From: Escherichia phage FL20
Reading direction: 5' to 3' (one strand)
Sequence record: PP400781
Length of the DNA stretch: 64,000 nucleotides
The position numbers and the translations under genes are program-made. The notes below the pieces were generated by a model that worked only from the letters and a program-made list of their open reading frames with translations, was not told the DNA's origin and searched no databases. How positions within the stretch are numbered: position 1 is the first letter of the stretch; every line of letters starts with the position of its first letter. Positions 56,188-63,538 of this stretch are shown in pieces.

Positions 56188-56463
56188 TTAAATGATCTCT
56201 GCTTCACCGTTAAGGAAGAAAGACCATGTTTTGTTAGGATAACGAAGCGCCCATGATTCAGCAGTTTTAACACCAGCTTCGAACAATTGACGGCTGGTTA
56301 CTTTAGCCATACCATCTTCGATGGCAACGTTTTCAATAATCATCGGGTACTTAGCGCCACGCATGAAACCGAAGCCAGCGGAAGATTTGATGATTTTAAC
56401 AGTTGCCATTTTTGATTCTCCTAGAAAGTGTCGTGTTTCGATGGGTGTATTATGCAATAACAC
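56188..56463 (-). CDS. Small paralog family member C
   Basis: Internal start MATVKIIKSSAGFGFMRGAKYPMIIEN...; AGGAGAATCAAAA leader. Confidence 0.4.
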   Translation of the reverse strand: MLLHNTPIETRHFLGESKMATVKIIKSSAGFGFMRGAKYPMIIENVAIEDGMAKVTSRQLFEAGVKTAESWALRYPNKTWSFFLNGEAEII

Positions 56464-56495
56464 CGGATCGCTGTCAACACTTTCTAAGAAAAATT

Positions 56496-56780
56496 TTAAA
56501 TTAATCGAATATAACCAAGAATTTCAGCGCCTTTAGCCAGTCCTAAAACTTCCCATTCAAGGTCGCCGTAGTCATAATTTGCAACCATCAACTGACCATT
56601 TTTCATGCAGCAATCATGAGAGAAAATTTGCCCCGCATAAACTACGATAGTAATAAACTTTCCTGATTCTGGCGGTGTGGAAGACAAAGCGACCATATGA
56701 CCATTCAGCTTAGTAACCAGTGATGGAACAATAAAATTCGGGCTTACCTTAATACCGTTAAATTCGTTTGTGTCTTTCAT
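56496..56780 (-). CDS. Hypothetical protein
   Basis: 94-aa ORF. Confidence 0.4.
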   Translation of the reverse strand: MKDTNEFNGIKVSPNFIVPSLVTKLNGHMVALSSTPPESGKFITIVVYAGQIFSHDCCMKNGQLMVANYDYGDLEWEVLGLAKGAEILGYIRLI

Positions 56781-57127
56781 GCCAGACCTCGCAAAACACT
56801 AATAGCATAATCATGCTGGTTATTCATAATATCAATTGCATTGTGATAACGAGCTAAACCATCAAGGATAAATTCTTGTTTATCCTGTTTCAGTTTGGTA
56901 TCACGCGCAGCCATAAGAGCATCAAGAACAGGTCCAAAGTGATTATCTAATTCATCTTCGGTTGCAATGTTTCCTATTGCCTCGTCGATCCGTGATTCTA
57001 ATGCTTGCTTTTCGTTGATCACTTGCTGGGTATATTCCAACACATCAAGAATATCGCGGGTAACGTCGCCATGATAAGGTATTCCCGCATGAAGATGATC
57101 AATTAATCGCTGAATATCAATGTTCAT
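56777..57127 (-). CDS. Hypothetical protein
   Basis: 116-aa ORF. Confidence 0.4.
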   Translation of the reverse strand: MNIDIQRLIDHLHAGIPYHGDVTRDILDVLEYTQQVINEKQALESRIDEAIGNIATEDELDNHFGPVLDALMAARDTKLKQDKQEFILDGLARYHNAIDIMNNQHDYAISVLRGLA

Positions 57128-57462
57128 TTGTAACCCTCCTCTGAAAGCACATCCCAGATCGTTGAGTCAAGGTGCATTAAATTCCACATAATAGAGTCAT
57201 AACTACCGAAGCCAGAAGTAAAAATTACATCACACTGGCGATAGGTCTTATGAAAATCGGTGGCTGTCTCTGCATCAATCGGCATATCGTCACCTGAAAG
57301 CACCAGACATTTAAGAATCATAACTCTGTTAGCCGTTGGCGCTTGCTTAGTCTTTTCAGCATATTTTTCGATGATCCGTTTTGCCTTTTCTTCTTTGATA
57401 CGTCCAGACCAAATCCGGTTTCGGTATTGATTCATAATAATTTCAATCACATCATTTTGCAT
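57124..57462 (-). CDS. Hypothetical protein
   Basis: 112-aa ORF. Confidence 0.4.
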   Translation of the reverse strand: MQNDVIEIIMNQYRNRIWSGRIKEEKAKRIIEKYAEKTKQAPTANRVMILKCLVLSGDDMPIDAETATDFHKTYRQCDVIFTSGFGSYDSIMWNLMHLDSTIWDVLSEEGYK

Positions 57463-57661
57463 TCTTCACGGTCTCCATAATTGTTTTGTAAGCCAGCTTA
57501 AGATGATCACCGAAAAACTTTGCAGTGTTACCCTTCTGATCGCGGAGCATGGTTTCTACGATCTCATCGGCAGTAACAATTTCTCCTTTCTTTGCTGCAT
57601 GTTCTACCATATACTTCAAAGTTTCTTCGGAAGCAAGTGCTGCGGCTACTGGATTAATCAT
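57452..57661 (-). CDS. Hypothetical small protein
   Basis: 69-aa ORF; promoter TTGACA-17-CATAAT at about 57691-57719 and AGGAGAATCAAA leader. Confidence 0.4.
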   Translation of the reverse strand: MINPVAAALASEETLKYMVEHAAKKGEIVTADEIVETMLRDQKGNTAKFFGDHLKLAYKTIMETVKNAK

Positions 57662-57734
57662 TTTGATTCTCCTTTGTTGTCGATGTGTGCATTATGCTAT
57701 ACCCTATTCCGGTTGTCAACACCTAAAAACGAAA

Positions 57735-57762
57735 AAGCCACCCTTTCGGATGGCTTTTTGAT
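57735..57762. terminator. Bidirectional rho-independent terminator hairpin
   Basis: agccaccctttcggatggct flanked by A-run on the 5' side and T-run on the 3' side, so either strand reads hairpin followed by U-tract. Confidence 0.55.
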
Positions 57763-57989
57763 TATATTTTATTCACGTCCATTTGTATAGTAGTGTTTGA
57801 ATCGACCTTTGCTAAACTAGTTAAACATAGTAACCAATTCACCATCCCTTTCCAATGATAACACTTCCTCGTCTTAGACGGGTCTTCTGATTCGGCAGTA
57901 ATTGAACACGCGAAAGTATGAGGAAGCCAAATAGTTGTGTTGATGCTAGTATTCTTTTACTTCTGGTATGTATCCAAATGTGACTAACA

Positions 57990-58388
57990 TTAAGCCAATC
58001 GAGTGAGTTTATAAATTGTTTTAAAGCATAGAGCTTTGATATCGTCTAAAACGCTCTGTAACGAGCTATCAACATCATTATAAATCTCACTAGCCATTTG
58101 CGTTAACTCTTGCAAATAGGCAATTTCGCTCATCTCCTTGCGGACGACCAACGTTGGCTGATAACGACCAGTGATCCCAATATTGGTTTCAGTGAAATCA
58201 TCAACCAATTCTTGCATTTCAAGATAGAACTCTTCTAGAGCCTTATGTTTTGCATAAGATCCAGGACCAGTTACTCCAAAATGCGCAGAATGCATATAAG
58301 TAACACTCATCAGACATTCACCGATAAAGCGGTCAACTTTATTAGCTTTCCCCTCTTCGGACGTCTTTCGAAAATCACTGAATTTCAT
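57990..58388 (-). CDS. Hypothetical protein (132 aa)
   Basis: ATG at 58386-58388 with GGAGAAT RBS; followed by about 230 nt with no ORF. Confidence 0.4.
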   Translation of the reverse strand: MKFSDFRKTSEEGKANKVDRFIGECLMSVTYMHSAHFGVTGPGSYAKHKALEEFYLEMQELVDDFTETNIGITGRYQPTLVVRKEMSEIAYLQELTQMASEIYNDVDSSLQSVLDDIKALCFKTIYKLTRLA

Positions 58389-58677
58389 GTTCTCTATTCT
58401 CCATATTATGCAACATAACAAACTGTTGTGCGGCATATTCCCCCATAATAAAACACTGCTTAGAATCCATACATTTACTACGAGCATACATCTTCATAAT
58501 ATGGGCATGAAATTTCTGGCTGGTTTCAATGGAAGGAGATATTTTGTTTACATATACTATCATTGCACCGTCGAAATAATCAGTAAAGTCACCAGTTGGA
58601 TCATATTGATCAGCACTGACACTTCCGACCGCAGTCAAGCATATTGCCGCTGTTAGAGTTTTACGAATAAATGACAT
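58375..58677 (-). CDS. Secreted/periplasmic small protein
   Basis: 100 aa; signal peptide MSFIRKTLTAAICLTAVGSVSA. Confidence 0.45.
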   Translation of the reverse strand: MSFIRKTLTAAICLTAVGSVSADQYDPTGDFTDYFDGAMIVYVNKISPSIETSQKFHAHIMKMYARSKCMDSKQCFIMGEYAAQQFVMLHNMENREHEIQ

Positions 58678-58745
58678 AAGTCATTCCCCCAGATTAAAAA
58701 TATTCAGTTATATTTATAATCTGGGGCTTTATTTATGATTAACTC

Positions 58746-59342
58746 TTATTTGGTAGTACCGTCAATAAAATGTTTACGACACACAGAGACATATTTATCC
58801 TCTGCACCAACTTCTATTTGAGCACCATCGCGAATAACATTACCCTCTTTATCTACACGAAGGACCATTGTTGCTTTCTTGCCACAATGACAAATACCCT
58901 TCATTTCGACCAGTTTATCAGCAAATGCCATTAATGCCGCAGATCCTTCAAATAGATTGCCCTGAAAGTCGGTGCGAAGGCCATAGCACAGTACAGGGAT
59001 ATTTGCATCATCAACAAGCGCACACAAGCCTAAAACATGCTCTTTAGTCATAAATTGGGCTTCATCTACAAATACAGCATCAGGACGCCATCGATCCGGT
59101 CTACGCTTACCTAATGATTCACGATAAACCAAGTCGAAAAGGTCATCCGATTTAGTGAAGGTGATCGCTGGAGCACTTAGGCCAATTCGGGAAACAACTT
59201 CACTTTCTGAATCTCGATTATCAATCGCTGGCTTAAGAATTAATGCTCGCATATCACGTTCGGTATAGTTATAAGCACTTTGTAACAGAGAAGTTGATTT
59301 GCCAGCGTTCATAGATGCATAGTAGAAATATAGTTGCGCCAT
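58746..59342 (-). CDS. tk: Thymidine kinase
   Basis: 198 aa; P-loop ASMNAGKST, VFVDEAQF, C-terminal zinc ribbon CHCGKKAT...VCRKHF; collinear with T4 Tk. Confidence 0.9.
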   Translation of the reverse strand: MAQLYFYYASMNAGKSTSLLQSAYNYTERDMRALILKPAIDNRDSESEVVSRIGLSAPAITFTKSDDLFDLVYRESLGKRRPDRWRPDAVFVDEAQFMTKEHVLGLCALVDDANIPVLCYGLRTDFQGNLFEGSAALMAFADKLVEMKGICHCGKKATMVLRVDKEGNVIRDGAQIEVGAEDKYVSVCRKHFIDGTTK

Positions 59343-59635
59343 TAATTAATCTCCAAAAATCCAGCAAGACCTAAACCGATATAAGTCCAGATACAAAGGA
59401 AAAAGAAACAAACACCCATAGCAAAGATAAATCCGCGTAGTGTCTTTGGATAACCTACCCAATATTCCCGACCATCTTCTAACCGGATCAGCTTATTTCC
59501 TTGAGAGTCTATATCAATTACAACATGTTTATTTCTGGATTGTAACAGATATTGCTTGACAATCTCAATACCCGCCATAATAACAATAACGAAATTGAAA
59601 GTCCACATAACAAGGTTAATGGTAGTCTCAAGCAT
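59342..59635 (-). CDS. Hypothetical membrane protein
   Basis: 97 aa with two or three TM helices. Confidence 0.4.
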   Translation of the reverse strand: MLETTINLVMWTFNFVIVIMAGIEIVKQYLLQSRNKHVVIDIDSQGNKLIRLEDGREYWVGYPKTLRGFIFAMGVCFFFLCIWTYIGLGLAGFLEIN

Positions 59636-59870
59636 TTTCTATCACCTCCACCCAATCAGGTGTTTCCTGAAAGACTCCTTCGCCTTCATGATGGTCGCAA
59701 CCTTTATTGCTGCAATACATCCACCAATCCCACATTCCCCACGGTAAACGCTGCATATCGTCGTTACAGCAAGTGAAGATGATAGGCCAACCACATCTAA
59801 AACATCGGCAGTTTTCTTTCATGTGAGCGGTATTAGGCTTCTTCATAGATGACTCCAATATAATCGACAT
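59628..59870 (-). CDS. Cys/His-rich small protein (putative zinc-binding)
   Basis: 80 aa; CRCFRC...CC...C...C...H. Confidence 0.4.
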   Translation of the reverse strand: MSIILESSMKKPNTAHMKENCRCFRCGWPIIFTCCNDDMQRLPWGMWDWWMYCSNKGCDHHEGEGVFQETPDWVEVIENA

Positions 59871-60073
59871 TTACATTTAGGGCAATGCGGTTCTTTAATA
59901 TAATACCCGTCTGTCTTTGGAACACTAACAGGAGCGGTTTTTATATTGTATTCGGTGAAACAACGAAAACAAGTTACGTTTTCTACAGACTGACGTTTCA
60001 CCCAATCACCGGAATATAGATCATTTTTATTTGTCATATTCAACCACCACAATGTTAATGTCTGGAGTAGCAA
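59843..60073 (-). CDS. Cys-rich small protein (putative zinc ribbon)
   Basis: 76 aa; CFRCF...CPKCKC. Confidence 0.4.
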   Translation of the reverse strand: MLLQTLTLWWLNMTNKNDLYSGDWVKRQSVENVTCFRCFTEYNIKTAPVSVPKTDGYYIKEPHCPKCKCRLYWSHL

Positions 60074-60482
60074 TATTAATGATCTCTTCTACACATTCCC
60101 ACTCAAGGCCACCGATACCGCAACCGATTTTAGGAATATAGAAAGGCTGTGTAGCACCTTCAAAAACATCATTGAGAGTCTCAAATCCTTTCAGGATAGC
60201 ACCATATTCAGCATTTGGACCCGGTCGGAATTGGGTATAGAGATTCACCCCGCACCAGTTATAACCATTAACTTGATGCGTCCAGACACTAAACCCACCC
60301 AGCTTTTCGACCTTACCGCGAGAAGTTTGCTTGTCAATCTCTAACGCTTGCGGGAACTCTTTCGCGATCTTTGCAGCAATACCAGCGCCCATAGTATGAA
60401 AACAATTACAACCATGAATTAAATGACCGTTTCCTTGTTTAAACAGGGCGATGAGATCGCCCTTTACAGTATCAATAATCAT
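60027..60482 (-). CDS. Macro-domain-like protein (ADP-ribose binding/processing fold)
   Basis: 151 aa; N-terminal HGCNCFHTMGAGIAAKI (position of the macro-domain NAAN-GGGV loop) and C-terminal IPKIGCGIGG (position of the phosphate-binding glycine loop). Confidence 0.45.
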   Translation of the reverse strand: MIIDTVKGDLIALFKQGNGHLIHGCNCFHTMGAGIAAKIAKEFPQALEIDKQTSRGKVEKLGGFSVWTHQVNGYNWCGVNLYTQFRPGPNAEYGAILKGFETLNDVFEGATQPFYIPKIGCGIGGLEWECVEEIINIATPDINIVVVEYDK

Positions 60483-60497
60483 AATATAAACCTCTCA

Positions 60498-60857
60498 TTA
60501 GTCACGGGAAGACAACCCAGCCATAAAACGGCTTAACAGTGTGTCGCGATAAGCAAAGCATAATTGCTTATCAGGGGCAGTATCACACAGGTTACGTTTT
60601 GTTTTAGCAAAGCTGGCAATACTCAGATCCCACGCTCGATTTTTTCGTTTTTCGTCTCGACCTTGTTTGTATGCTTCATCAAGTTCGAGCGCGATAAAAT
60701 CACTACACATGTTATCATCATCACAGAAAGTTTTAATGATCTTTTTGTTGATCTCAAATCCTTTGTATTCGAACTTTGGATAAGGGCGCTCATTACTAGC
60801 AAGCGCACCAGCAGAGAACATCATAGCAATCATAGCAATTATTGTCAACTTTTTCAT
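60498..60857 (-). CDS. Secreted/periplasmic protein with 4 Cys
   Basis: 119 aa; signal peptide MKKLTIIAMIAMMFSAGALA. Confidence 0.45.
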   Translation of the reverse strand: MKKLTIIAMIAMMFSAGALASNERPYPKFEYKGFEINKKIIKTFCDDDNMCSDFIALELDEAYKQGRDEKRKNRAWDLSIASFAKTKRNLCDTAPDKQLCFAYRDTLLSRFMAGLSSRD

Positions 60858-60864
60858 ATATTCC

Positions 60865-61455
60865 TCAATAGCGTTTAGTCTTAAGAATGCCTTTACTCTT
60901 TAGATGGTTAGCCTTTTTTAGTACGTCATCAGCATAACCTAATCCGGCTTTATAGTTCCATCCAGCATTGTAAGAAGCTAGCGCGAGTCGGATATTACCG
61001 TTTCGAACATCCAGCCAGTATGCTAACTCATCCATCGCGTAGAATGCAGAAACCTCGCGATTCATGATAAAGTTGATAGTCTGGCGATCACTCATTTTAA
61101 CACCGCGCTTTGCATTTTTCGCTTTCACCGTTTTAAGGTAATTTTGAAATAATCCATAAGCATGATGATTTTTCTTTGGTGCTAAGTTTGCACCCGCGCT
61201 TGATTCTTGCCATGCGATACCCGCCAGGATGTGACCTAAACCCTTTCCGTTATAGCGAATATTCGGATGGTACTTTTTCAACTTACCGCTTTTCTCGAAT
61301 TGCTCGCCGTATTGATAGGCGAAATGTAAATTATCTAGTTGGTGTGCTGTAAAGTTGTCTATCGGCGCTTTTTTGATCGGTGCGCTAGTCGATGCGTGTG
61401 TAGCACCAACGGCTAGTGACAGACTCAATACTATCGCTTTTAGAACTTTTAACAT
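60865..61455 (-). CDS. Secreted lytic-transglycosylase-like (SLT domain) protein
   Basis: ATG at 61453-61455 with AGGAG RBS; signal peptide; catalytic-type E-S motif (WQESSAG), GLFQ and AYNAG signature motifs. Confidence 0.5.
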   Translation of the reverse strand: MLKVLKAIVLSLSLAVGATHASTSAPIKKAPIDNFTAHQLDNLHFAYQYGEQFEKSGKLKKYHPNIRYNGKGLGHILAGIAWQESSAGANLAPKKNHHAYGLFQNYLKTVKAKNAKRGVKMSDRQTINFIMNREVSAFYAMDELAYWLDVRNGNIRLALASYNAGWNYKAGLGYADDVLKKANHLKSKGILKTKRY

Positions 61456-61540
61456 TAATTTCTCCTGTTTGGCTTGACTTTCTGATTCCATAATATAGCC
61501 CTATCACCAGAAAGTCAAGCATTAATTTAACCAATTTCCA

Positions 61541-61963
61541 TTATTGGTCTACCTTCAAAACAACCGCCGACATTTTACCCGCCAGTCGTTTTGGATTCTC
61601 TATAATCATTCGGCAGCATAGACCGTGATATGGCTTACCCTCTTCGATTAGATCTACTGTCATCCCGATCCACATGTTACCGTCAGTAATTTCTAATCGA
61701 TTAGGTCGGTCTTCCATTTTCAGGAAGTCGAAGATCTCCGGCAAACGAGTTTCTATCTTATTGAATAGTTCCATTGTCTTATGTTCATCGATATGACGAT
61801 CGGTTAGACGGTCGATCATATGCGGACTAAAGCGAATGAAAATATACTCACCGTAACCATCATTCAAGCACTTTTCTTTGATCTGCGCATTGGTTTTGCG
61901 CATTTCGGTTTCGAAGAATCTACGCAGCTTACTACGGCGAACATGTACGTTAATTGTTTCCAT
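61541..61963 (-). CDS. regB: Endoribonuclease RegB
   Basis: 140 aa from ATG 61961-61963; RRSKLRRFFETE, RLEITDGNMW, CRMIIENPKRLAGK match T4 RegB. Confidence 0.85.
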   Translation of the reverse strand: METINVHVRRSKLRRFFETEMRKTNAQIKEKCLNDGYGEYIFIRFSPHMIDRLTDRHIDEHKTMELFNKIETRLPEIFDFLKMEDRPNRLEITDGNMWIGMTVDLIEEGKPYHGLCCRMIIENPKRLAGKMSAVVLKVDQ

Positions 61964-61967
61964 TTTA

Positions 61968-62303
61968 TTATCCTTTCTTAAACAAATTGCGAAGCCAGTA
62001 TACAAACGGGATTTCTTTAAACTTGAACTTGTCAATAGTTAATTCTTTAGTAGCAAGATGAATACCATAAGCATCATGTGTAACTATATGCCATTTTCTA
62101 TAGTCCAAATGTGAACAACCGTCTGGATCTAGGTTAATAAGAGTTTCTCGCTCACTAGGATTATTTTTCCACAATTTTGTAATAGGATCGCACATAATTC
62201 GACCTAGCGTACCATGAATAATCTCACAACGGTAAAGTTTTCCAGCAGTGAGATAGGCGCACCCGTCATAGTCGGTATAAACAAACACTTCTTTAACACT
62301 CAT
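61968..62303 (-). CDS. Hypothetical protein (111 aa)
   Basis: ATG at 62301-62303 with AAAGGAG RBS. Confidence 0.4.
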   Translation of the reverse strand: MSVKEVFVYTDYDGCAYLTAGKLYRCEIIHGTLGRIMCDPITKLWKNNPSERETLINLDPDGCSHLDYRKWHIVTHDAYGIHLATKELTIDKFKFKEIPFVYWLRNLFKKG

Positions 62304-62334
62304 TTTAATACTCCTTTGTTGTTTCGATGGGGGT

Positions 62335-62363
62335 ATATTACTACCCCCGATCATGTGTGTCAA
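62335..62363 (-). promoter_or_regulatory. Sigma70-type early promoter with dyad spacer
   Basis: TTGACA-cacatgatcgggggtag-TAATAT; arms gggggta/taccccc. Confidence 0.5.
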
Positions 62364-62624
62364 CTACTTTTTCAAGATTTTTTTGATTGCATTCCAAAGA
62401 CCTTTATTTCCAGGTTGTTTTGGTTCTTCGATCAGTGTCCATGTTCGACCGTCTAAGTGTGCACAATTTTTAAGGCAAATAAAAATCTGATGTCCATTAT
62501 CAGCACGGATATAACCACTATTCGCAAATCTTTCATGTGGTGTATATTCATACAGTGTATTAGGTGTAATATACTTGCGGTTACTATAAGGTGTCATCAC
62601 ATACATCATGGTACTAACTCCCAA
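62364..62624 (-). CDS. Hypothetical small protein, paralog of 62606..62800
   Basis: 86 aa; shared core GYI..D.G..I.I.L..CAHLDGRTW.LIEEP. Confidence 0.4.
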   Translation of the reverse strand: MGVSTMMYVMTPYSNRKYITPNTLYEYTPHERFANSGYIRADNGHQIFICLKNCAHLDGRTWTLIEEPKQPGNKGLWNAIKKILKK

Positions 62625-62800
62625 CGGTCACCGCGAAGATGAGCACATCCACCATCAAGAAGGATCGTAATACGAACACCCGCATCATCTTCAATATACC
62701 CGATAGTCGGTGGATGTTCGTCGTCTCGTGTCGGGTTAAAATCATACATCTTTCCAGGCGTAATATCTTGTCCTTTATTGCTATTGGTATAAACTTGCAT
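62606..62800 (-). CDS. Hypothetical small protein, paralog of 62364..62624
   Basis: 64 aa; GYIEDDAGVRITILLDGGCAHLRGDRWELV. Confidence 0.4.
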   Translation of the reverse strand: MQVYTNSNKGQDITPGKMYDFNPTRDDEHPPTIGYIEDDAGVRITILLDGGCAHLRGDRWELVP

Positions 62801-62821
62801 TTTCTTAATCTCCTATATTAA

Positions 62822-63520
62822 CTAACCACGGGTATAGTGTTCCAGAACAACTGTCAGATGAATATATTCTAATAGATCTTTCCAAAAGTCAACATCTGGT
62901 TCTTCCGGCATACCGTTTTTCTTTGCCTCTTCACGCGCGAGTTTAACACGCTCGTAGAGATCTTTCAATTCTTCCCGCACATTATCAAAGGTTCTTTCTC
63001 CTAACTTACACGCTAAAATAGAAGAACGTCGCGCGAGCGGGAATTGTAGATCACCTGTCTGATAGATTTCAAGTAGCTGATAACCAACACGCAGAGCATG
63101 AGAAAGATCTTTCCAGTTACTGAAATACTTTTCAGATTTGGCTACCTGCTTTTTGAGATAGCCAGACAAACCCCACATACCAACATGATAGAATTTATCT
63201 CGATGTGTTCGGATGTATTCCCATTCTCTGGAGGATTCAATCAACATGTTACTAGGAGCGTGCACCATGTCAATAGCGCCGATATCGCCTTTACATGCCA
63301 GATTGATAAACCGTTTTAGACTGAACATATTAACGTCAATATCGTCTTTGGTGTTCTTGATACCTTGACCGCTAGTGCTTTGGTCATAGTGTTCTTTCAT
63401 CGATCCTAAGATAATTTCTTTCGCAGTCGGAACAAAGATACCACGATAATCTTTATCTGAATTTTCAGTATCAAGGCCGTACAAGTGAGATCCGAAGACC
63501 ATTTTAACCATTGTATGCAT
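62822..63520 (-). CDS. Predicted nucleotidyltransferase-fold protein
   Basis: 232 aa; N-terminal MVFGSHLYGLDTENSDKDYRGIFVP fits the minimal NTase signature hG[GS]...[DE]h[DE]h. Confidence 0.45.
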   Translation of the reverse strand: MHTMVKMVFGSHLYGLDTENSDKDYRGIFVPTAKEIILGSMKEHYDQSTSGQGIKNTKDDIDVNMFSLKRFINLACKGDIGAIDMVHAPSNMLIESSREWEYIRTHRDKFYHVGMWGLSGYLKKQVAKSEKYFSNWKDLSHALRVGYQLLEIYQTGDLQFPLARRSSILACKLGERTFDNVREELKDLYERVKLAREEAKKNGMPEEPDVDFWKDLLEYIHLTVVLEHYTRG

Positions 63521-63538
63521 AATTAAACCCTCAGTTGA

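Noticed and set aside
57763-57989. Possible tRNA gene in the ORF-free stretch (a gtttgaatcg T-loop-like motif)
   Set aside because: No acceptor or anticodon stems could be paired by eye around the motif.
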